Part shown: piece by piece, positions 56,280 to 64,000 of the stretch
How the letters are laid out: each line of letters opens with the position of its first letter
Numbering within the stretch: the stretch's first letter is position 1
NCBI GenBank assembly: GCA_003154195.1
Contig: PMCS01000005.1
Coordinates: 9,449 to 73,448 of the forward strand
Direction of reading: 5' to 3'
From: Candidatus Omnitrophota bacterium
GTDB lineage: Bacteria; Omnitrophota; Gorgyraeia; Duberdicusellales; 4484-171
Length of the DNA stretch: 64,000 nucleotides
The notes under the pieces: generated by a model
Told to the model about the DNA's origin: nothing
Databases searched by the model: none
The model's input: only the letters and a program-made list of their open reading frames with translations
Program-made: the position numbers and the translations under genes

Positions 56280-57434
56280 TTATAGCCTAAGCTTCTGCAG
56301 TCTCCGACATGCCTCATCAAGCTGCGCATCTTTTTTGGCAAAAACAAATCGCACCAGATCATCGCCGGCACAATCATGATAAAATGCAGAACCGGGTACC
56401 GACGCAACCCCTACGGTGTTAAGTATATACCTTGCCTTCTCTTTACTGGTTTTCCCCGGAACAGCGCCGACATCGGCAAGCACATAATACGCTCCCCGAG
56501 GAATAAACGGCGTAAGGTTTATTTTATGCAACACATCACATATTTTATTTCGTTTACGCGCATACTCAACGCATAAATTCGCATAAAAATCATCCGATAG
56601 CCCCTCTATACCCCTGGCAACGCCCATTTGAAGAGGGGCAGGGCTGCAGACATACACCAAATCATTTATATACCCTATAGACTGAGCCCATTTCTCATGG
56701 CATACACAATACCCGATACGCCACCCCGTGATACTAAACACTTTTGAATAACCCGAGATGGTTATCACTCTATCCTGGATACCGGACAGCGAACCCGGAC
56801 TTATATGAGAAAAACCATCATACACAAAATACTCATATATTTCATCAGTAAAAATAAACATGTCGCGTGCAACGGCAAACTGCACAAGCGCCTGCAATTC
56901 ATTTTGCGAAAATATCTTGCCGGAAGGATTTCCTGGAGTATTGATCATGATCCCTTTTGTCCTTGGCGTAACCAGCTTTTCCAACGAACTCATATCGAAT
57001 GTCCAATCCGGCGGCATAGTGCGGACATACACCGGCTTTGCGCCGACCGCCAAAAGCGTGTTGACGTGATATCCATAGTAAGGCTCAAAAATAATCACTT
57101 CATCGCCGGGGTTAAGAAGCGCAAGACAGGCAGAATAAAAAGCACCGGTCGCACCGCATGAAACAACGATATTCTTTTCCGGATCGGCATTAATCTTATT
57201 ATATTTTTTCAATTTTACCGCGATAGCTTTTCGTAATTCAAAAATACCATCATAGCGCGTATATTGATTAATCCCCGCGTCGATAGCGTCTTTAGCACCC
57301 TCCCGCACAAGCCGCGGCAACGCTAAATCGCAAATGCCCTGTGATAAATTGATACCACCCACTTTATCACATTCAATGGACATCGCCCGTATCTCTGATT
57401 GAACAATCTCGTCTATACGTGCATTAACCTGCAT
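56280..57434 (-). CDS. PLP-dependent aminotransferase class I/II
   Basis: INLSQG, NTPGNPSG, DEIY, SKVFSITGWRIG. Confidence 0.9.
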   Translation of the reverse strand: MQVNARIDEIVQSEIRAMSIECDKVGGINLSQGICDLALPRLVREGAKDAIDAGINQYTRYDGIFELRKAIAVKLKKYNKINADPEKNIVVSCGATGAFYSACLALLNPGDEVIIFEPYYGYHVNTLLAVGAKPVYVRTMPPDWTFDMSSLEKLVTPRTKGIMINTPGNPSGKIFSQNELQALVQFAVARDMFIFTDEIYEYFVYDGFSHISPGSLSGIQDRVITISGYSKVFSITGWRIGYCVCHEKWAQSIGYINDLVYVCSPAPLQMGVARGIEGLSDDFYANLCVEYARKRNKICDVLHKINLTPFIPRGAYYVLADVGAVPGKTSKEKARYILNTVGVASVPGSAFYHDCAGDDLVRFVFAKKDAQLDEACRRLQKLRL

Positions 57435-57462
57435 ATATCCTCTCTTGATATCCTACCCGCGG

Positions 57463-58128
57463 TTACCGGCTGCTTCGTTTCATATGCATATCATACCGCT
57501 TGATTTTTTTAGTATATCCCTTCGGCGCGTCTACCCATTCCAAACCATCTTTGCCCGCTATTTGAATTAAAGGAATACGCTTATACTCAACAAAACCCAA
57601 CCGCCCATAAAGACGGCATGCCCGTTTATTATCAGAAGCAACACGAAGAGTATAAGCAACCAGGCCCAACTGTTTTTTACCCCAATCAATCATATGCAGA
57701 ATAGCGTTACCCATAATACCGGGGTATCCCGGTTTACCACGTAATATATTGTCGATTTGGCACATTTTTTGACGAAAATCAAACCTGAAAAGCCCTACGT
57801 GGCCGATATACCGATTACGAACTTTGATTAGAAACAAAAGCCGGTCAGGCGCTCCGATGACTTTTTCTTTAAACCATTTGGTAGTCCTTAGTGTAGTAAT
57901 CTTAAACTTAGCAGGAAACCACTCTTCGTTCTCTTTACGCCATCGCCCTAGCTCATGCATTAAATTTTTCCGATGCCTGCACTCCGCAGTAAGAAGAATA
58001 AGTTTATACCGCAGGCCATCAAAAACACATGGTACAACAATCTTTCCAAACGGCTCATGCTTGAGCGTTCGCAATGCACGCAATACTTTGGTCTCATACA
58101 AATGAGTTTTATATTTAGTGTTTGGCAT
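57463..58128 (-). CDS. GNAT family N-acetyltransferase (PseH-like)
   Basis: IGHVG, LRVASDNKRA..LY.RLGF; RBS GGAGG. Confidence 0.75.
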   Translation of the reverse strand: MPNTKYKTHLYETKVLRALRTLKHEPFGKIVVPCVFDGLRYKLILLTAECRHRKNLMHELGRWRKENEEWFPAKFKITTLRTTKWFKEKVIGAPDRLLFLIKVRNRYIGHVGLFRFDFRQKMCQIDNILRGKPGYPGIMGNAILHMIDWGKKQLGLVAYTLRVASDNKRACRLYGRLGFVEYKRIPLIQIAGKDGLEWVDAPKGYTKKIKRYDMHMKRSSR

Positions 58129-58219
58129 ATGATTACCTCCATGATCAAACACGAGCTTGACGATCATACTTTTAAAAAAATTTTCATTATCTAAAAACGG
58201 ATAGATTCCTTCCCCAAAC

Positions 58220-58456
58220 TTAGATATGCTCCCGATAACACTGTATCGTTTTATCTAAGCCTTGCCGCAAGGTATACTTTGGTTTCCAACCCAGTATGGT
58301 CCGGGTTTTAGCGGTAATCCGCGATTTGCTAATAGCCTTATCAATACCGGCAGCATCAGCCTCTCGGTCAATCAAAGCTTTTGTCGACCAAGACCCTAAA
58401 AACCCGTCATAGCCGGTTATTAAAATACGTTTATTAGTCCAAAAATGTTTATCCAT
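58220..58456 (-). pseudogene. Internally deleted rfbG-like dehydratase remnant
   Basis: N-terminus MDKHFWTNKRILITGYDGFLG joined to C-terminus LGWKPKYTLRQGLDKTI; only 78 aa. Confidence 0.8.
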
Positions 58457-58465
58457 GCGTATCGA

Positions 58466-59251
58466 TTATTTCCACACCTTCCATGGCGGATTGCCGCTCT
58501 GCCATAATTTCTCAAGCTCATTTTTGTCTCTTAACGTATCCATGGGTTTCCAAAAACCATGATGGCGGTACGCAGTTAACTGGCCGTCTGCCGCTATATG
58601 TTCGATCGGCCCTTTTTCCCATAGGATGTTATCATCGCCTAAATATCGGAATATTTCCGGCTCCAGCACAAAAAAACCGCCGTTTATCCAGCTGCCGTCG
58701 CTTTTCGGTTTTTCCTGAAAAGAAGAAACAGCGTCATCCTTGCGTAACGCCAATGTTCCAAACCTTCCGGGAAGCTGGACTGCGGTTACGGTCGCATATT
58801 TTCCGCTTTTTTTATGAAACCGCAGTAATTGCCGTACATCGATGTCACCCACGCCGTCGCCATAAGTAAGCATAAACGTTTTATCGCCGACATACTCTTT
58901 GACTTTTTTAATTCTTAAAGCGGTAAACGTATCGATACCGGTATCAATCAGGGTAACCTTCCACGGCTCAAGCTTACGGCGATGGACCTCAATCTTATTA
59001 TTCTCTATATCAACCGTAATATCCGACTGATGGGTGAAATAATTAACAAAATATTCCTTAATAATATACCCCTTGTAACCCAGGCAAAGCACAAAATCGT
59101 TAAACCCGTAAGCCGAATAGATCTTCATGATGTGCCAGAGAATCGGCTTCTCTCCTATCTCTACCATAGGCTTAGGCTTTAATTCGGTCTCTTCGCTTAA
59201 CCGCGTGCCAAAACCGCCGCATAAAATAACAATCTTGCATTTTTCTTCCAT
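58466..59251 (-). CDS. rfbF: Glucose-1-phosphate cytidylyltransferase
   Basis: LCGGFGTRLSEET..KPKPM, TYGDG, INGGFF, MDTLRDK. Confidence 0.95.
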   Translation of the reverse strand: MEEKCKIVILCGGFGTRLSEETELKPKPMVEIGEKPILWHIMKIYSAYGFNDFVLCLGYKGYIIKEYFVNYFTHQSDITVDIENNKIEVHRRKLEPWKVTLIDTGIDTFTALRIKKVKEYVGDKTFMLTYGDGVGDIDVRQLLRFHKKSGKYATVTAVQLPGRFGTLALRKDDAVSSFQEKPKSDGSWINGGFFVLEPEIFRYLGDDNILWEKGPIEHIAADGQLTAYRHHGFWKPMDTLRDKNELEKLWQSGNPPWKVWK

Positions 59252-59263
59252 AATCCACCTCGC

Positions 59264-60331
59264 TTATTCCACTATCGGCAATAATTTAAAAATATTGACA
59301 ACCTTAGCCTGCAATCCCACGAGAAATGAACAACGCATCAATGCATACAATACTAATTTACCAAAATTTCTTAAATTAGCAAACCCCGTAAAAAATATTC
59401 TCCAGGAAAATATCCGCCGCAAAAGGCCGCGCCCTTCTTTATCGCGGTTTTGCCGAATCATATTTTTTACGATTTTTACATCATCCCAAAATATATTATA
59501 TTCATATTGAAGGATAAGTTTTTTTTCTATCGGCCGCGTAAGCGCCGAAGATTTCATAAAATCCGCAAGAACTGTATAAAAATATGACCGCGTAACGCGA
59601 TTATTTTCGTATGAAGTCGAACCCTGGCCGCTGCTGATACGCCTTCTTAAAAGACGTTCCTTTAAAATAGCAACTGAAAAATGTTTTGCGGTTTGTAAAA
59701 TAAACGCGACATCGCCCGCGCCGCCCAAGCCGCCAACAGTATATTCATCATTAAATTCACCGGCAACATCAAAAACCTGCTTGCGCGCCATAAGTGCCGG
59801 CCACACAAAAAAACTCCCGCAACGTTCAAGCAACCCCTTTAACACATCGGCGAAAGTGAATACCTCTCTATTACGCAAACATCTTGGTAAACTCACTCCC
59901 AGCGAAATAACACGATCGCGTTCATCAATAAGTATATCGCGCGCGAATACTACGCCAACCTCCGGACGATTAAGCAAAAATGATAGCTCAGATTCAACGA
60001 TGCGCGGATCATAGATATCGTCGGAATGATAAAAAGCAATATATTCATAACGCGCAAACATACGCGCTTTAATGGAGTTTTTTGCCGGCCCAAGATTAGT
60101 TTGATTACGGTAATATTTTATCCGCGAATCGGAAAAAGACTCAACCACTTCCCGGGTATTATCCGTAGAAGCGTTATCGCAAACAATAATCTCGATATTC
60201 TTATAGGTCTGGTTTACAATCGATTGTAACGTTTTTCCGATATACCGCCCATGGTTGTAAGTCGGGATACAAACACTGACAAAAGGAAACGATTGAACTC
60301 CCGACGTAGCTTTAAAGCCGCTATTGGACAT
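59264..60331 (-). CDS. GT2 glycosyltransferase
   Basis: VSVCIPTYN, DNASTD, SDD. Confidence 0.9.
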   Translation of the reverse strand: MSNSGFKATSGVQSFPFVSVCIPTYNHGRYIGKTLQSIVNQTYKNIEIIVCDNASTDNTREVVESFSDSRIKYYRNQTNLGPAKNSIKARMFARYEYIAFYHSDDIYDPRIVESELSFLLNRPEVGVVFARDILIDERDRVISLGVSLPRCLRNREVFTFADVLKGLLERCGSFFVWPALMARKQVFDVAGEFNDEYTVGGLGGAGDVAFILQTAKHFSVAILKERLLRRRISSGQGSTSYENNRVTRSYFYTVLADFMKSSALTRPIEKKLILQYEYNIFWDDVKIVKNMIRQNRDKEGRGLLRRIFSWRIFFTGFANLRNFGKLVLYALMRCSFLVGLQAKVVNIFKLLPIVE

Positions 60332-61622
60332 GGCTTAGCATCACCTTTTTGCTATTAATAAAAATAATGCTTAGATAAATAACGTAAGAGATGATCGCCG
60401 AACCGACGGCGCCCGGCATCCCTGCGGCCGGTATCAGCAGAATGTTAAAAAAAATGTTCAGCAAAACCGCGATTATGTTAGCGAAGGCGGTAAGTTTTAC
60501 CCCTTCCTTGCCGCAAGACATCGCAAGCGCGCCGTACCCGCTGTTGACAAACAGCATAATCGAAGCAACGGCAAACATCAGCGCTAATTTTATATCAAAA
60601 TGATAAGCGCTGCCGTAACATTTAAAAATTACAAACTCGATCGCCGCCAGGCAGGGAATCCCCCCAAGAAACGCGTACGGCACGATATGGTTGATTTTTG
60701 TAAATAAAAATGACTTATCCTTTAAGCGCGATGCCATGGGGAAAAAAACGCTGTTAAACACCAGAAACGCCATGACTACCATTATATTTACCGAACCCAC
60801 GTAATATACGCTATAGGTGCCCACGTCGCTGATGGTAAGATATTTATTGATCAGCACCTTATCTAAATTTGTACAAACGCTGAAAGAAATAGTACCAACC
60901 GCCGCGTACGCGCTATATTGAAATAATTGTTTAAGCCGGGAACGGTCGAGCGTAAAGCCAAGGTAATTACGGGTTAAAAATATAATTATACAAATAACTG
61001 TAATATACGCAAGGCATATTGATGCAATCGCGGAAACGGCGGATACGCGGCCGGCAGCGATAAATACCAAAAAAATCATTAAAGCCATTATAGCGCATAA
61101 AGGCTGTATAACGGCATAGGCCTTCATTTTGAACAAACTACGCAGAGCATCCATCATCAGAGTATACAAGCTGAACAAAAAAGCAAAGATAATGGCCATC
61201 CCCAGGATACCCCGGCCTGCATGGATCAAACGCGTTAAATACCCGAAAAACCATAAATAAAGGCATATTGAAACAATACAAAAAAAGACGGTCAGCAAGA
61301 ACGCGCTGGAGATGATCACTCTTTGACACGCCGGGTCGTCTTTCTCCGCGGCATATTTTACCATTGCCACATTAAATCCCTGAAGCATGGGAATATATAA
61401 AAACATGGCGATCGACTGGGTAAGCATAAAACTTCCGTACGCCGACGGCCCAAGCGCTCTTCCCGCCGCTACGTTGAAGATATACAAAAAAACCGTCGCC
61501 AACAACATGCCTCCGCCGATCCGGTAGAGACTGTCAAAAAAATTTTCTTCCCCGGCGCTCATTTTGCTACCGAATGTATATTCGTAACCACGACGGATAA
61601 GGTATTTAAAAAGCTTTTGCAA
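60321..61622 (-). CDS. Wzx-like oligosaccharide flippase
   Basis: R.LGP..YG, DKVLI, NILLIP..G..GA; ~12 TM. Confidence 0.85.
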   Translation of the reverse strand: MQKLFKYLIRRGYEYTFGSKMSAGEENFFDSLYRIGGGMLLATVFLYIFNVAAGRALGPSAYGSFMLTQSIAMFLYIPMLQGFNVAMVKYAAEKDDPACQRVIISSAFLLTVFFCIVSICLYLWFFGYLTRLIHAGRGILGMAIIFAFLFSLYTLMMDALRSLFKMKAYAVIQPLCAIMALMIFLVFIAAGRVSAVSAIASICLAYITVICIIIFLTRNYLGFTLDRSRLKQLFQYSAYAAVGTISFSVCTNLDKVLINKYLTISDVGTYSVYYVGSVNIMVVMAFLVFNSVFFPMASRLKDKSFLFTKINHIVPYAFLGGIPCLAAIEFVIFKCYGSAYHFDIKLALMFAVASIMLFVNSGYGALAMSCGKEGVKLTAFANIIAVLLNIFFNILLIPAAGMPGAVGSAIISYVIYLSIIFINSKKVMLSHVQ

Positions 61623-61667
61623 GTTTTCTACCCTAGAACTCGAAAAATGCTACCTTCCTAACGGCAG

Positions 61668-62807
61668 TCAGGCATTTTCCGGGTTAAGCAAAGTAATATA
61701 TTTCAACTCTAATTGTTTGGCAACAGCAGGCCAGCTATAGCGTTCGGCAGCCAATTTTCTTCCTGAAACGCCGAGATTTTCGCGTAAAACGCTGTTTTCC
61801 GCTGCCTGCGCCATCGCCTTAGCCAACGCCCCTTCGTCTCGAAAGGGAACAAACATGATGTTATCACCGTCTTTTCCTATATGGGAAAGCATGCCGATCC
61901 TGGTAGAAATAACCGCCAATCCCGCGGCCCAGGCCTCCAGGACGGTCAACGGCAGACCTTCCAAAAGCGACGGCAGCACAAATACGTCAGCCAGACAATA
62001 CGTTTGTATTAATTTGCCGCGCTCATCGACGGCGCCAAAAAACTTCACGTATCCTTCCAGGCCGAGGCGACACGACAACTCTTCCAAATCTTTTCTCGAG
62101 GGCCCGTCCCCCACTATCCATAATTCAAATTTTAAATTGCGCTCTTTTAATACCGTAACCGCTCTAAGTAAATAATCCAGCCCCTTCAGAGGTTCGATTC
62201 TTCCCACATAGATAAATTTTACGCCCCCGTTTTTACTTAAGCAAAGATTATTTTTTGCCTCTCCGAACTGTTCATAATCAACCCCCGCGATGTTAAAATA
62301 TTCGAAATTGCGCAGTTTATATTTTTTAAATAAAGGCAGAAGATTATAATCAATGGTGATGATTTTATCAAATAACCCAAACCTTAAAAAAAACCATTCC
62401 GAATAACGTTTAACAACCGCCAAGTGGGGATGAGGAAAAGTGATGCTGTGACATGTCTGGATTACAGGGATGCGCCAAATCTTCGCCCACAAAGCAATAA
62501 AAAAACCCAGGTCGCAGGCGTGGCTGTGTATGATATCGGGCTTCAGTTTTTTTAAAATAAAAAAAGACTTGAAAAAAAATAAGGCCAGCGACAATACTCT
62601 TTTCAGGTTAACCCCATCCCAATCGAAAGATGAGGTCAACAACCCGAATTTATAAATATTTTCCTTAGATATTGCTTCTCTGCTGTTAGCGGTAAGCACA
62701 AACACATCATGGCCGGCCGCTGCCTGCTGGATCTGAAGATTATAAACACAAACCGCGTCGCCGCCGATAGCGTTGGGATATTTTTTCGTAACATGCAATA
62801 TGCGCAT
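61668..62807 (-). CDS. GT4 glycosyltransferase
   Basis: MRILHV, IGG, VGRI...KG, EGLPLTVLEA. Confidence 0.92.
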   Translation of the reverse strand: MRILHVTKKYPNAIGGDAVCVYNLQIQQAAAGHDVFVLTANSREAISKENIYKFGLLTSSFDWDGVNLKRVLSLALFFFKSFFILKKLKPDIIHSHACDLGFFIALWAKIWRIPVIQTCHSITFPHPHLAVVKRYSEWFFLRFGLFDKIITIDYNLLPLFKKYKLRNFEYFNIAGVDYEQFGEAKNNLCLSKNGGVKFIYVGRIEPLKGLDYLLRAVTVLKERNLKFELWIVGDGPSRKDLEELSCRLGLEGYVKFFGAVDERGKLIQTYCLADVFVLPSLLEGLPLTVLEAWAAGLAVISTRIGMLSHIGKDGDNIMFVPFRDEGALAKAMAQAAENSVLRENLGVSGRKLAAERYSWPAVAKQLELKYITLLNPENA

Positions 62808-62876
62808 AAGCTTCTGAAAATATTAACCAGCCGGAAAAAGTTGGCTTGCCACCGGCTGAAGTCAGTGGATTTGGTA

Positions 62877-62975
62877 TAGCCAGCGCTAATTTTGACGCAG
62901 CAAAATTAGCGCTGGCTAATTCGACTGCTGCCTCACTGAGCGCGCGTAGCGCGCTCGTTCGGCGAAGTCTCATTA
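62877..62975 (+). mobile_element. Palindrome plus TAATTCGACT...AGTCTCATTA MITE copy 3
   Basis: tagccagcgctaattttg...caaaattagcgctggcta, then taattcgactgctgcctc...cggcgaagtctcatta. Confidence 0.75.
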
Positions 62976-63752
62976 TTAAAAATCAGCCGTTTGAATAAAC
63001 TCCCTGAATTCCCGCACCCGAAGCGCATCGCGGCGGGAAAATAAAAACGGCTCGACATCTTTTGCTAAAAGTTCAAAGCTATAGCCGGCGCACTGCGCAA
63101 TAAGCCGTTCCTTAAGCGCACCCGCGTCCGCGATGCCTAATTTTTCCGAAAGATACCGCATGTCAGGCCTGGTTTTTCCCATAAGAAACACGATATCAAA
63201 ATAGTCGCGTCCCATTTGCCGTTTTCGCGTAAATACACAGGAAATTTTCTGCGCGAGCATAACCGGCGCCGGAACCACGCCGATTTTCATAAACACATCG
63301 AATTTATTTAACAGTATAATATCCGGGTTATAATCAAACTGCTGCGGTTCGGCATCGATACGAATAACCATTTTTTCCTGCGCCTGCGCCGATAATCCCT
63401 GCTTATAAAGCATCCCGGGAAAAGTTAAATATATGTGGCACGCGCCGCGGCAGGCCGTTTTAACTTCAACCGATATCCCTTCACGCTCAAGCGCCTGCTT
63501 AAGATGCCCCGCTACGGACGGAAAATCTTTTTGCGGGATACCTCGGTTATCAAAATCAAGGTCTTCGGAAAAACGAGTATTGCCGTGCACCATGTGCACA
63601 GCCGTACCGCCCATAAAACACAATTGCCCTCCCCACGGCGAATCAAAAATATTTTGCAGTATTTTATACTGCAGATATTCCCGCAGGATATGCCGGCCGA
63701 ATACCGCTATGGGCGCCGGAAAAAATGACGCGATCTGCGCTAGATCAATCAT
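62976..63752 (-). CDS. AbiEii family nucleotidyltransferase toxin (type IV TA)
   Basis: FMGGTA, RFSEDLDF, K..., RDYFD. Confidence 0.88.
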   Translation of the reverse strand: MIDLAQIASFFPAPIAVFGRHILREYLQYKILQNIFDSPWGGQLCFMGGTAVHMVHGNTRFSEDLDFDNRGIPQKDFPSVAGHLKQALEREGISVEVKTACRGACHIYLTFPGMLYKQGLSAQAQEKMVIRIDAEPQQFDYNPDIILLNKFDVFMKIGVVPAPVMLAQKISCVFTRKRQMGRDYFDIVFLMGKTRPDMRYLSEKLGIADAGALKERLIAQCAGYSFELLAKDVEPFLFSRRDALRVREFREFIQTADF

Positions 63753-63999
63753 ATCCCATCACCTTCATAAACAGGCGCGCGCGGCGCGCAAGCGCCGCGC
63801 AGGCAAACCGCTCAATAAAATTTTCAAACGTACTACGCTTTACTGCCGCCGTAAACGCCGCCGTATTCAAACGCACACTCTCAATATCCGCAGGCGTATT
63901 AAGATACGGATTCAAATACAAATAATCGAGTACGGCTTTTTCCGGCGCTGCCATCCTCACCGGGCGGCCATATAAATAAATAACCGTATAGCCAAAAAA
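63745..63999 (-). CDS. AbiEi-like antitoxin, C-terminal part (runs off right edge)
   Basis: FFGY...MAAPEKAVLDYLY; overlaps the AbiEii start. Confidence 0.75.
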   Translation of the reverse strand, partial: FFGYTVIYLYGRPVRMAAPEKAVLDYLYLNPYLNTPADIESVRLNTAAFTAAVKRSTFENFIERFACAALARRARLFMKVMGYD

Positions 64000-64000
64000 A

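Overview
Bacterial chromosomal window, almost all genes on the minus strand. It is probably Omnitrophota-like; this is inferred only from two paralogous large secreted modular proteins that share a conserved ~365-aa N-terminal domain (one >1650 aa and running off the left edge, one 1213 aa). Other contents: a CsgG-like pair; an HD-GYP protein and a response regulator; an uncharacterised cluster of LysW-like carrier, KamA aminomutase, two ATP-grasp ligases, PIG-L deacetylase and GNAT; PilC, CheC, a short Rho and tRNA-Asn; housekeeping genes (yajL-like, recR, dnaX, yggT, comF, lptFG, smpB); an NSS transporter with an unannotated small subunit; an ECF sigma/anti-sigma pair; a large surface-polysaccharide cluster with an unusual TPP-enzyme/aldolase/sugar-phosphate-cyclase cassette; and an AbiE type IV TA pair. 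The most striking unexplained structure is a dense population of dispersed fold-back elements. Some are hairpins built from degenerate 6-, 7-, 8- or 9-mer tandem repeats, one of which carries a four-helix-bundle gene; others belong to several nested MITE/REP families. Some of these elements have entered reading frames and supply stop codons, loops and apparently a signal peptide. All assignments come from reading motifs by eye; no database searches were run.
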